A stretch of DNA of 64,000 nucleotides, from the sequence record OM339718.1. One strand, given 5' to 3'. The notes beneath the pieces were generated by a model that worked only from the letters and a program-made list of their open reading frames with translations, did no database searches and was not told the origin of the DNA. Positions 53,847 through 62,852 of the stretch are shown one piece after another (positions within the stretch are counted from its first letter, which is position 1; each line of letters begins with the position of its first letter). The position numbers and the translations under genes were made by a program.

Positions 53847-54533
53847 ATGAATAGCAAAAAGATTTTTAATTCCAAGTTCCAGAATCTCGGACAGTTCGCT
53901 CAACATGTATCAGATGACGAAATCAAGAACGAACCTATGTTCTTCAACTGCGATTTGGCTTTTGCTATAAATCATGGTGGTCCTATAACTAGGAGTTTCA
54001 TCGCCAAATTACCGGAAGAATGGCAATATGGCGATGTTGTGTTTGATTCTCGTGTACACATGCTTATGCCCGGTTGGTATCCCGCAATCCCCGGTTATCA
54101 TCATGATGATGTTCCGCGCCCGGACATCCCTGTAGGTCAGCATTTCATCACCGCAGGTCAACCAGACTATGACAACCCTCGTTATATGTCTGAACATATT
54201 CTTGGTTTGGTTAACGGTGATATCTGCCCTACTCATTTTGCAGTAGGAGAAGCCGAGTTTAGCCAAGTTCCAGATGGCGAACTCATTTACCGCCAATGGC
54301 ACAAAGAAGTTTTGGAAAAGATTGACAATGGTGAACTGGTGTTGCATACTGCCCCTGACCGGACGTTGTTACAGTTTGATTGGCAAACATGGCACACCGG
54401 GTCGAAGACGGTTGGTAACGGTTGGCGCTGGTTTGGTCGTGTATCCCGTAACACAGATCGTGTAAAGAAAATCAGTAATGAAATTCGTCGCAACGCACAA
54501 GTTTACCTTGAGTTCCCGATGGAAGGCTGGTAA
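53847..54533 (+). CDS. Putative 2OG-Fe(II) dioxygenase-fold protein
   Basis: PGYHHDD (HxD), distal WHTG, RWFGR. Confidence 0.58.
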   Translation: MNSKKIFNSKFQNLGQFAQHVSDDEIKNEPMFFNCDLAFAINHGGPITRSFIAKLPEEWQYGDVVFDSRVHMLMPGWYPAIPGYHHDDVPRPDIPVGQHFITAGQPDYDNPRYMSEHILGLVNGDICPTHFAVGEAEFSQVPDGELIYRQWHKEVLEKIDNGELVLHTAPDRTLLQFDWQTWHTGSKTVGNGWRWFGRVSRNTDRVKKISNEIRRNAQVYLEFPMEGW

Positions 54534-54541
54534 AAATATAG

Positions 54542-54570
54542 TTGACACAGAAAACAAAACAATTTAATAT
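54542..54570 (+). promoter_or_regulatory. Early promoter
   Basis: TTGACA-N17-TAATAT. Confidence 0.72.
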
Positions 54571-54600
54571 CTAATCTCAATAAACAAAAAGGAAATAAAA

Positions 54601-55194
54601 ATGAAAACTCTGAAACAAATCTGGGCATTTATCACCGCTAAAATCCTGACCTTCACCACCAAAAACGTTACCGTCGAAGATCAGTATACCGGGGCGGCTG
54701 AACGGATTATCAACGAAATCACCCGTCTTCGCACCGCACACGTCAAGTCTATCAAAGAAGAAAAACGGCTCCGTAGTCTGGCAGAAGAGAAAACCAATCT
54801 CGCGGTTAAGAAAGAAAACGAGATTCGTGGTCTTCTCAAGAAAGGGGTGAATGTAGAAAGTCACGGTAAGCTGGGTATCCTGTATCGTCGGACTTCCGAG
54901 GCCCTTACCAAGAAGGCTGATGAGTTTGTTGGGATGCGCTCCGAGATCGAGGTTGCTACCGTCCGCCTCAATGATCAGCTCAATGACCTTCAAGTAAAAC
55001 TGGAATTCATTCGCGAAACTAAGGCTGCTAACGAGCTGGGTGTCGCTTCCGCAGAAGATGTGGTAGAAGCTGCCGCACTGGTTGATATCGATGTGAGTGA
55101 AGTTCTTACCCGAGTTAACACCTTTACCGGTGATAAGGTTACCCAAGTAAGTGATATTGAAGTACAAGATTACATTGACTCCCTGAGCAAGTAA
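54601..55194 (+). CDS. Long coiled-coil protein, PspA/IM30-like
   Basis: Amphipathic N-terminal helix then continuous heptads; about 200 aa; own promoter and terminator. Confidence 0.5.
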   Translation: MKTLKQIWAFITAKILTFTTKNVTVEDQYTGAAERIINEITRLRTAHVKSIKEEKRLRSLAEEKTNLAVKKENEIRGLLKKGVNVESHGKLGILYRRTSEALTKKADEFVGMRSEIEVATVRLNDQLNDLQVKLEFIRETKAANELGVASAEDVVEAAALVDIDVSEVLTRVNTFTGDKVTQVSDIEVQDYIDSLSK

Positions 55195-55203
55195 TAGTAA
55201 GAT

Positions 55204-55232
55204 AAGGGGGTTGTCGAAAGACAATCCCCTTT
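55204..55232 (+). terminator. Intrinsic terminator, GAAA loop
   Basis: AAGGGGGTTGTC-GAAA-GACAATCCCCTT-T. Confidence 0.82.
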
Positions 55233-55250
55233 AAATTTTAAGGAAACATC

Positions 55251-55904
55251 ATGAAAATGTATGATATTAGTCTAAACGAAATAGAACAGGAGCTTTCATC
55301 CATGTATAATGGTGTCGTGCACACAGGATCAAAACCAAAAAACAATTCATATATCGGTATGAATGGGGAAGAAGTAAAAGATACCAACAAAGTTTTTAGA
55401 AATATGAATGCGGAATATCTCCATAAAAAGGGGTTAACGGAAGTCGCTACAATACTCGAAAAAACGGTAAAATCTCATACCCCATCTCACCATTATCACA
55501 GTGAATATCGACAATATAAAAATACACGTACTCCGTTAGTTGCATATATTGAATATGAAGAAGAAGTAAAAAAGTTTGTTAATCTCCTTCAAAAATCCGG
55601 AAATTTAAAGCTTTTGGGAATTGTTAGGTTGTCTTGGGATGCACTTGGGATGAATGATTCCACTAACGACTTTACAAATAACGACTTGTCTTCCGTACAC
55701 TATGGTGACAGTAAGATGATGGTAAAAGTAAAATATAATGATTTGATTTTTTGGATCCGAACTAAACATATTGAAACCGTCAAACGCTGTTATGATGATT
55801 ATAAAGGAGATACCACACCAACGTCAGAGAAAAAATCGATTATGTCTGATGAAATCTCGTCATTCATTAACTATTGTATCGTTAATGTAAGAGGGGAAAT
55901 TTAA
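55251..55904 (+). CDS. Hypothetical protein, paralog of 55906
   Basis: VKYNDLIFWIRTKHIETV; ISSFINYCI. Confidence 0.75.
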   Translation: MKMYDISLNEIEQELSSMYNGVVHTGSKPKNNSYIGMNGEEVKDTNKVFRNMNAEYLHKKGLTEVATILEKTVKSHTPSHHYHSEYRQYKNTRTPLVAYIEYEEEVKKFVNLLQKSGNLKLLGIVRLSWDALGMNDSTNDFTNNDLSSVHYGDSKMMVKVKYNDLIFWIRTKHIETVKRCYDDYKGDTTPTSEKKSIMSDEISSFINYCIVNVRGEI

Positions 55905-55905
55905 G

Positions 55906-56532
55906 ATGGTCAAGATGTATTCCCAACACGATATAGAAGATTTGAACATCACAACAAAGGAGACTATTAATAAACCACCACGATATGTAAATAGGAATGC
56001 TCGTATGATTGCAAAAAATGCAACATGTGAAGACCACCTTCACGTTGCAAAAGCATTATCAGATACAATGTGGTTTCATAATTACGATCCGGAGTTGTGG
56101 CTTAATACACATAGATCTTATATCGCATTATCAATACTCCGAAATTCGGTTTATCTGTCTAGTAAAGGACAAGTACGTTCTTTTATCAAAAATCTTAAAA
56201 AACATGGGGATGTATCACTTATTGATGATCAATATGGTAGGCTTTCTTATGCAGCAATTGGGATGAATGATAATCGTTCCGACATATCTTACTACGACCT
56301 CCCACGGGGGGATGGTTCTTCTAATAGAACATTCATTATCATTAAATTCAATAGTATACGTGTTTGTGTCCGTACAAGGTACGTTGACCTTGTTTGGGAT
56401 TTACTTAAGACACATTCAGTTAAAGTAGAAGAACAACAGGAAGTAAACCTAAACCCAATGGATAAAAACCCAGATATAAAATCTTTTGTTGAATATTGCA
56501 TCGAAATGAACAAGTTGACACAAGAGAAATAA
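55906..56532 (+). CDS. Hypothetical protein, paralog of 55251
   Basis: IKFNSIRVCVRTRYVDLV; IKSFVEYCI. Confidence 0.75.
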   Translation: MVKMYSQHDIEDLNITTKETINKPPRYVNRNARMIAKNATCEDHLHVAKALSDTMWFHNYDPELWLNTHRSYIALSILRNSVYLSSKGQVRSFIKNLKKHGDVSLIDDQYGRLSYAAIGMNDNRSDISYYDLPRGDGSSNRTFIIIKFNSIRVCVRTRYVDLVWDLLKTHSVKVEEQQEVNLNPMDKNPDIKSFVEYCIEMNKLTQEK

Positions 56533-56567
56533 TAAGCAATAATATCTAAAAATTGAGAGGATATATT

Positions 56568-57029
56568 ATGAATGCAAAATGGATTGTGAAAGAATTGGGT
56601 GATCGCAAGAGTAACAATTGGGAATTGTCTGTTGTTATGAGTGATTACAAATTCATTAAAGAATTCTCATGGCCCAATAAAGACGGTAAGATTATTATCT
56701 GGTCTGGGTGGGGTAGGTCTATTATCCAACCAGAACTTATTCCGGTAGTCATTAATTTTGCACAAGAAATGGCAGAAACCAAGAATAAGGAATTGGATGA
56801 ACTCCGAGTGAAGGATAGGAAATCCGGTTATTATTGGGTTCAAAAAATCCGATATGGGTATGGTGCCGATGATGGGTATGAGGGTATTGGTGATTGGTGT
56901 ATTGCATTCTGGAATTCGGAAAATCTTGGTTGGACCCGTCGAGACTGGGACGACGATGAATGTAGTAACGAGAACGACGATTATTGGAACGAGATAAACG
57001 AGAATCGTATTGAATATCCGGGGGTTTAA
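56568..57029 (+). CDS. Hypothetical protein
   Basis: GAGG SD; Trp-rich. Confidence 0.72.
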   Translation: MNAKWIVKELGDRKSNNWELSVVMSDYKFIKEFSWPNKDGKIIIWSGWGRSIIQPELIPVVINFAQEMAETKNKELDELRVKDRKSGYYWVQKIRYGYGADDGYEGIGDWCIAFWNSENLGWTRRDWDDDECSNENDDYWNEINENRIEYPGV

Positions 57030-57031
57030 TT

Positions 57032-57502
57032 ATGAACGGTCGTCGTATTCGTGGAATTAAACCCTCTAGAGTGACCAAGATTAATCGCCAAATCCAACTA
57101 ATGAACGATCAGATAGCAAACTGTCATCGTATTTTAGAAGAGGTAGAATACACATTACAGCCCGGTGATTATCTAGGTGGTAGGATAGAAGATCATTATA
57201 ATTACAGTACATGGAGAACTGTCGGGGTATTAAATCTAACAGACCATTTTATTGTAAGGTATTTCCAACGAGTGGAAAATATCAAAGTTAAAGACTCAGA
57301 TATCATTAAAGAATATCCAGAATTCACACCAGCAGATAGAGACATGTATACTGTCTGGTATATGGGACGGGTTGGTATCCTAGATGTAAATGCACAAATC
57401 CGAATCCGAGAATTTGTAAAGAATCCACCAGATTCTTTACGAGTAGTAAGAAACCAAGATCGAGTAATTACAATCCTTACGGAGAATCAATATGAATATT
57501 AA
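57032..57502 (+). CDS. Hypothetical protein
   Basis: TDHFIVRYFQRV motif. Confidence 0.72.
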   Translation: MNGRRIRGIKPSRVTKINRQIQLMNDQIANCHRILEEVEYTLQPGDYLGGRIEDHYNYSTWRTVGVLNLTDHFIVRYFQRVENIKVKDSDIIKEYPEFTPADRDMYTVWYMGRVGILDVNAQIRIREFVKNPPDSLRVVRNQDRVITILTENQYEY

Positions 57503-57788
57503 ATTTGACGAATTTAAACTGTTGGAAAACATTCAAATCGGTAAGATCTCTTTTATTTCCGTTGTATATGAACCAGATTATTTCGGTATGGAAGACCGAT
57601 ATCATGCGATGGAAAGCCATACTGTGTATTATGATGCACTACGAAATTTGTTCTTCACAAAAGAGGTTTATAGTTCTTTCCGTAAGTTGGAAGACCTAAT
57701 TAAATTTTATCGAGATTATGTTGGTGACGTCCGTTCTTATCGTGATGTTGAAAACGATATTTTCCACCAAGATATTATTTGCCTATGA
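57492..57788 (+). CDS. Hypothetical protein
   Basis: GGAG SD. Confidence 0.7.
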   Translation: MNIKFDEFKLLENIQIGKISFISVVYEPDYFGMEDRYHAMESHTVYYDALRNLFFTKEVYSSFRKLEDLIKFYRDYVGDVRSYRDVENDIFHQDIICL

Positions 57789-57794
57789 TATTAT

Positions 57795-57814
57795 GGGGAC
57801 GTTAGGTCCCCTTT
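57795..57814 (+). terminator. Intrinsic terminator
   Basis: GGGGAC-gttag-GTCCCC-TTT. Confidence 0.7.
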
Positions 57815-57826
57815 AACTTTTTAGAG

Positions 57827-58090
57827 GTGTTTATGCTACATAGAATTGGTGGTCCCGTATTTTATATTAAAAAAGATGGGTATCCATGTTGGGCTCATGA
57901 ACATGGAGCCAAAGAAATCCATTGCACAATAATGATGTTACCCGGTAATACATATGAGGAATCTTTATCTTTTATAGAAAAAGAAAGCTCAAATGCAAAA
58001 ACCCATTTTTACGCTGGTCAATTTGTTTGTTATACAGGAAATGGTGATGGTGTTATGATATGGGGGCATATAGGCGAACGGTATGAATGA
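57827..58090 (+). CDS. Hypothetical protein
   Basis: GAGGTG SD. Confidence 0.65.
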   Translation: MFMLHRIGGPVFYIKKDGYPCWAHEHGAKEIHCTIMMLPGNTYEESLSFIEKESSNAKTHFYAGQFVCYTGNGDGVMIWGHIGERYE

Positions 58091-59237
58091 GTCATATGAT
58101 TACGTGATAATGAATCCACCATATAACAGGAATCTTCACTTAGACTTCTTTAACAAAGCGAGTTGTATTGGGAGAGAGATAATTTGTGTGCATCCATCTG
58201 CACCATTTTTCAATCGTCGCCCGGTAAAAGAACAGAAACGTGTGGTTGAATTTAAAAGTGTGGTTGGAGAAAACATAACATCGATGGAACTAATCGATGG
58301 TAACCTTTATTTTTCTGCTGGGTTGTTTGTTCCATTATCCATAACCCATACAATAATGGGTATCCCATTTGATGGGTATATCGATGTATATGGACCTATG
58401 ACTAATGGCAGAAATAGGATGAAGGTTGATGAACTAAACTATTTCGGAACCCAGATCTTAAAGCTATATGAAGCGCTACCAATTCAAAAGAACCTTTTAA
58501 ATAGCCAGAATCCAGAAGGAAACTATTTCGTTAACATTGGATTAATCCGTGGACACGTACCAATAGCAGGTGAAAGGTTTAACGCGGATTTCTTTACTAT
58601 GGTTCCAAAAGAATATTCTGTTGAAACGAAACCAAATCTTAAATGGCACCACTATGGATTTGATACTTTAGAAGAAGCTAATAAGTTCTTGGATTATATC
58701 AAATCTGATTATGCTAGGGTGTTCTTGGCACTGTATAAGAATAATCAACACCTCGATTCTGGAACCCTAGCATCAGTACCGTACCCAGACCTCACCAAAC
58801 CTCTCCCAACGATTCGTGATTGGATTTGTGGTTATATGGGTGTGTTACCCTACTATGACGTAGAAACGCGAGGTAGATACCATTCAGGGACGCACACAGA
58901 GGATAAGAATCGAGTTGCTTCTGAGTTTGATTTAGAGCGCCAGAAATCCACACACGAGGTGTTTACCCCAGACGTGGTTACTGATATGTTACTTGACCGT
59001 GTTGTTAACTGGGATGGGTCATTCTGTGATCCGGCGTGTGGTGATGGGAATATCCTATACCGTATCGCAGAACGTCGGTTAGATATGGGGCATGATAAGG
59101 AAACTATCGCTAACCAGATATTCGGGTTTGACATAGTTGAATCTAACGTGGTAGCCTGTCGTCAACGTCTGGCGAACCTTCTCGGGTATCCAGAAGTATT
59201 TGACGAGCACATTGTTTGTAAGGACTTTTTAAAATGA
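58083..59237 (+). CDS. N6-adenine/N4-cytosine DNA methyltransferase, circularly permuted
   Basis: N-terminal YDYVIMNPPY; C-terminal EVFTP, FCDPACGDGNIL, FGFDI, CKDFL. Confidence 0.82.
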   Translation: MNESYDYVIMNPPYNRNLHLDFFNKASCIGREIICVHPSAPFFNRRPVKEQKRVVEFKSVVGENITSMELIDGNLYFSAGLFVPLSITHTIMGIPFDGYIDVYGPMTNGRNRMKVDELNYFGTQILKLYEALPIQKNLLNSQNPEGNYFVNIGLIRGHVPIAGERFNADFFTMVPKEYSVETKPNLKWHHYGFDTLEEANKFLDYIKSDYARVFLALYKNNQHLDSGTLASVPYPDLTKPLPTIRDWICGYMGVLPYYDVETRGRYHSGTHTEDKNRVASEFDLERQKSTHEVFTPDVVTDMLLDRVVNWDGSFCDPACGDGNILYRIAERRLDMGHDKETIANQIFGFDIVESNVVACRQRLANLLGYPEVFDEHIVCKDFLK

Positions 59238-59620
59238 TTGAACCTATTAGCACAATTTTTGGGTTATTGGTGTTTTACCAAATAAAGCATTACTCAGCAG
59301 ATTACCTTCTACAAGGTAAGTATATGCTTGGGAAATTTAAAGAGGTTGGTTGGGTTACACCACTGGCTGCACATTGTACTGTACATGCATTAATGACAAT
59401 GTTCGTTGCGATCATTATGGGATTGAATATATGGGTTGTCCTAGGTCTTACCCTTTTTGATTTTATATCACACTTCTTTATTGACAAGATTAAAGTAGAG
59501 TTAAGCCGTGGTCATACGCCCCAAGAGCCGGTCTTTTGGTATCATCTCGGGTTAGACCAAATGGCACACCATCTTGTTCATTACGCAATAATTTTTACTA
59601 TCGTGAAAATTCTTTTTTAA
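59234..59620 (+). CDS. DUF3307-family membrane protein
   Basis: H..ADY.LQ, H..VH, HFFID..K, DQ..H. Confidence 0.8.
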   Translation: MIEPISTIFGLLVFYQIKHYSADYLLQGKYMLGKFKEVGWVTPLAAHCTVHALMTMFVAIIMGLNIWVVLGLTLFDFISHFFIDKIKVELSRGHTPQEPVFWYHLGLDQMAHHLVHYAIIFTIVKILF

Positions 59621-59626
59621 AAGTAG

Positions 59627-59674
59627 TTGATCTCAAGTCCAACTCGTGTATACTACTCATATCAACTAACGAGA
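59627..59674 (+). promoter_or_regulatory. Early promoter and leader
   Basis: TTGATC-N16-TATACT then the 21 nt leader identical to 14036..14056. Confidence 0.62.
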
Positions 59675-59686
59675 AGGAAGAAAGAG

Positions 59687-59827
59687 ATGGTAATCGCCCT
59701 TGGTTTTGTTGCTGGCGTTTGTTTCGTGAAATCGGTACAGGCTACTCGTGCAGCATATCAACGCGCTTTCACTACTGGCTATATCGTAGCCGGTCTTTCT
59801 TCCATATCTCTCCTTGCTATGTCATAA
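59687..59827 (+). CDS. Small membrane peptide
   Basis: AAGGA upstream; hydrophobic. Confidence 0.55.
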   Translation: MVIALGFVAGVCFVKSVQATRAAYQRAFTTGYIVAGLSSISLLAMS

Positions 59828-59838
59828 GGGGGAATATT

Positions 59839-59976
59839 ATGACTTTTGCTTTGTTTGCAACTGGGTTTGGTTTAGGTACTGCTTTTGTGGTATCGAAGAA
59901 AAAGAAACATAAGGTTATTGTGGTTGGTGTGAGTATTATTGCGGTTCTTGTTGAGGTTTTCCTACTTCCTAAATAG
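59839..59976 (+). CDS. Small membrane peptide
   Basis: GGGGG SD; two hydrophobic stretches around KKKKHK. Confidence 0.58.
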   Translation: MTFALFATGFGLGTAFVVSKKKKHKVIVVGVSIIAVLVEVFLLPK

Positions 59977-60004
59977 ATATGTAGATCTACGAAAGGAAAA
60001 CAAC

Positions 60005-60880
60005 ATGTTGAAAACTAAAGACTTGTTCGCAACCCTGACCCGGTTTGATGAACAAATGGCACAAAGCCGAAATCAAAAGGTCGAACTTACTAAAGATCAG
60101 GAATTCGAACTTAGCAAACAATCAAAGCTACCTGTTTCTATGCGGGTGGGAGCGTTTAAGGTTCAAAGTTCTGTTCATGCTCAAGCTCGCGCACACCAGC
60201 GAGCCGCTGCTAAAACGGCGGAAGAGTGGAAAGATTTTGCTCGAAAGATGGTAAAACACGTAGAAGCAAACAAGATTAAGAATGGTACTTATATGTTCCA
60301 TTCCCAATCTGAAAATCGTTCCGTAGTTGGTTCTGTTAAAGGTCGTGAAATCAATATCGTAACTGTGTTCCCAAAAGGAACCGGTGGTAAAATTTCTCAT
60401 AAACAACAAGCTGCTGGTCAAAAAAGCGCAATGATGGAATCCCTCGTCGAATCTCTTATGATCCAAGATGAGTTCGAGACTATGCTAAATGAAGCCAAGA
60501 ATATAATCGGTTCTGATATTGACGGTGTTGAGGTATTTGACCTTGACGAGGTAACAGAAAAGGCTATTTCCGAAATGCCAGATGAACACAAGCCATACTG
60601 CCGTGATATTTGGCAGGATCCAATTCATAGGTCAACTGGTTCGGTTGCCCAGTTTGGTACAATTTTTCTTGATGATTCCAATGATTCCGGTTTCCCTTTG
60701 ATGATCGGTGATATAAAGAAGGCTAAAATTGGGATTGGTGGTGAATATATTCCCATTGATCTTCGTCTAGATTCCGGGAAATACGCATATGGTTCCATGG
60801 ATGAACTAAAAGAGTTCCACCATGTGGATCTATATGATACAATTGCCGCCAGAAACTATGGGTATGGGAAGGATTACTAA
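60005..60880 (+). CDS. Hypothetical protein, possible virion-internal protein
   Basis: AAGGA SD; TAAATA at 59970; LVES and LNEA motifs. Confidence 0.72.
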   Translation: MLKTKDLFATLTRFDEQMAQSRNQKVELTKDQEFELSKQSKLPVSMRVGAFKVQSSVHAQARAHQRAAAKTAEEWKDFARKMVKHVEANKIKNGTYMFHSQSENRSVVGSVKGREINIVTVFPKGTGGKISHKQQAAGQKSAMMESLVESLMIQDEFETMLNEAKNIIGSDIDGVEVFDLDEVTEKAISEMPDEHKPYCRDIWQDPIHRSTGSVAQFGTIFLDDSNDSGFPLMIGDIKKAKIGIGGEYIPIDLRLDSGKYAYGSMDELKEFHHVDLYDTIAARNYGYGKDY

Positions 60881-60881
60881 A

Positions 60882-61214
60882 ATGTTAAAGAATAAAGAAT
60901 TTTTCGAACGAATCGACGAATCGTTTCAAATGAAAACATCAAAAGATTATAACCGGATTGTAAATCAATACATTTCTATTCTGAACAGTGTTCAAGCAAA
61001 AATGAATACTGCTGGTATGCGCGAGGCTAAACGTTTCTATGAAGTCCAAATGGGCGAATGGAAGCGTTGGGTGAAAGAAAACGTAGATATTACCAAGGTT
61101 AACATCAGCCCAATTGAGGATTTTGGTAAGATTACGTGGAAACGGTCTCAGTCCGACACACAACAAAGCTTTAACCTAGCACATAGTAAACTTACTGGTA
61201 TGCTCAAGAAATAA
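60882..61214 (+). CDS. Hypothetical protein, possible virion-internal protein
   Basis: MLKNKEFFERIDES start; ends at terminator. Confidence 0.7.
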   Translation: MLKNKEFFERIDESFQMKTSKDYNRIVNQYISILNSVQAKMNTAGMREAKRFYEVQMGEWKRWVKENVDITKVNISPIEDFGKITWKRSQSDTQQSFNLAHSKLTGMLKK

Positions 61215-61218
61215 TTTT

Positions 61219-61254
61219 ATGGAGTCTTGCGAGAAATCGCTTGACTCCATTTTT
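61219..61254 (+). terminator. Intrinsic terminator
   Basis: ATGGAGTC..GCGA-GAAA-TCGC..GACTCCAT-TTTT. Confidence 0.8.
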
Positions 61255-61292
61255 GTTTCTGATACTATGAATTCTCAAACGAGAGGTGTTTT

Positions 61293-61583
61293 ATGAAAAT
61301 CCAATTTATCAATGAAGATGTACGAAAAGTCGTGGTTTCAAAAGGTAAATCATTGGCTGGGAAGAACGAATGGCTCATCGAGGTTCCACGAAGTGAGAAT
61401 TTCATCATTGTTAATTTCAACGGAAACCCGTTGCGAGAGATTGATAATGCTGCGGTTGTTAGCTGGTCTTTCAACGGGCGGGACACCATGGAATATCTAA
61501 AAGAGATCCATAAAGACATCTACTATCAGACTTATATGGATATGTTACACACTCTCATTCTTCCAATGTTGGAGAGGGTTTAA
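61293..61583 (+). CDS. Hypothetical protein
   Basis: GAGGTG SD. Confidence 0.72.
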   Translation: MKIQFINEDVRKVVVSKGKSLAGKNEWLIEVPRSENFIIVNFNGNPLREIDNAAVVSWSFNGRDTMEYLKEIHKDIYYQTYMDMLHTLILPMLERV

Positions 61584-61585
61584 TT

Positions 61586-61816
61586 ATGTGGACTGGTAAA
61601 TTTGTTGTAAAATCATTTGTTCAATTGTCAAGAGAGTTTGAGTCTCTGAAAAAATACGAATATCGAGCATTCGAGAGTTCGGTAGAATCTTTACTGAATG
61701 ATCTATACCCTATTGCATCGGCAAAAGGTTATGATGTATTATGTTGGTCGATGTTCCCAACCCACGATAGAAGTCCACATGTTTCTGTGATGTTTACATT
61801 TAAATCTAGGAGCTAA
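61586..61816 (+). CDS. Hypothetical protein
   Basis: GAGG SD. Confidence 0.7.
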   Translation: MWTGKFVVKSFVQLSREFESLKKYEYRAFESSVESLLNDLYPIASAKGYDVLCWSMFPTHDRSPHVSVMFTFKSRS

Positions 61817-61818
61817 AA

Positions 61819-62166
61819 ATGAAACAATCTCGTATCGATAACGTAAACAACAAATCAATCGAAAAGTTCATCAACGTAATCAAAAGCCAGATACGAAAAG
61901 TTCAGGAACAGGACTTTTATGATGCGGTTGCGGCCATTCCGGACGAATTGAAGTTTGATATTGTCCGTACCTTGAAAGACCTTCGTAAAGAGCATCTGGG
62001 GAAAATCGAAATTGTTGAAACCCCTTTTAATTCTGGCGTGGTTCGTGTAGAATATGAATTCAAGATTGGTAGTAAAGTTCCCGTAAAAATGGTGTATCAT
62101 TGCTCAGACAAGATCACCTTCCTTATCGCAGAAGGAAAGTTTGAATCGGTAACCGGTGTAGAATAA
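61819..62166 (+). CDS. Hypothetical protein
   Basis: AGGAG SD. Confidence 0.75.
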   Translation: MKQSRIDNVNNKSIEKFINVIKSQIRKVQEQDFYDAVAAIPDELKFDIVRTLKDLRKEHLGKIEIVETPFNSGVVRVEYEFKIGSKVPVKMVYHCSDKITFLIAEGKFESVTGVE

Positions 62167-62303
62167 TGAAATATTTGGTAATAGGTACTTTACTTGGTAT
62201 CTTGGCTATAGTAAACTCAGATGTATTCCAGAGCGAACAAGTTAGTCTGTTAGAAGACTCTGTATCTGGACTTAGTATTTTAATTGAACAAATGGAGAAA
62301 TAG
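62166..62303 (+). CDS. Small membrane-anchored peptide, 45 aa
   Basis: TAATG overlap; hydrophobic N-terminus. Confidence 0.5.
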   Translation: MKYLVIGTLLGILAIVNSDVFQSEQVSLLEDSVSGLSILIEQMEK

Positions 62304-62305
62304 AA

Positions 62306-62560
62306 ATGAAAAAGATGATTATCGCAATTCTTGCTGTACTGTCCCTGTCTGCCTGTACTGATGCGGACGGCGCTCGCCGTGTGTTGACTCAAAACGGATA
62401 TACCAACGTCCATGTGGGTGGATATGCTTGGTTTAGCTGTAGTGAAAAAGACACCTTTGCAACAAAATTTACCGCAATCAACGCAGCATCTGGTCAGGTT
62501 GTAAACGGTGCTGTCTGTTCTGGTTTGCTCTTTAAAAATTCCACCATCCGGTTTGAATAA
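62306..62560 (+). CDS. Phage lipoprotein
   Basis: Lipobox LSAC; TD...A.RVL...GY...GYAWF.C. Confidence 0.8.
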   Translation: MKKMIIAILAVLSLSACTDADGARRVLTQNGYTNVHVGGYAWFSCSEKDTFATKFTAINAASGQVVNGAVCSGLLFKNSTIRFE

Positions 62561-62570
62561 GGCTGTTGAT

Positions 62571-62852
62571 ATGAGTAATCATGTGTTGCGTGTGTATCGT
62601 TGGAAGGATGAATCGTCGAAAGACAAATGGTCTATTTCCGCAGGTGGCTATCAAAAGCTAGTTGCAATCGCCAACGATGTGATGAATCTTGATGTTCTTG
62701 TTTGTGGGTGTGATATCTACCAAGGCAGAAACCACGTAATGAAAATCGATGGGATTGATTACGATTATGGTATATCAATCTTCACAACCGACGACATCGA
62801 GAAATTTTTGGTGGAATTATCGAAGGATGAAGTGGAGAAACTTTTCAAATGA
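62571..62852 (+). CDS. Hypothetical protein
   Basis: ATG 62571 after lipoprotein stop. Confidence 0.68.
   Translation: MSNHVLRVYRWKDESSKDKWSISAGGYQKLVAIANDVMNLDVLVCGCDIYQGRNHVMKIDGIDYDYGISIFTTDDIEKFLVELSKDEVEKLFK

Noticed and set aside
54577-55224. 215 aa minus-strand ORF (likewise 13947..14585, 18544..19056, 23600..24085 and the other minus ORFs)
   Set aside because: Shadows of well-supported + strand genes; all promoters and terminators here are oriented for + transcription
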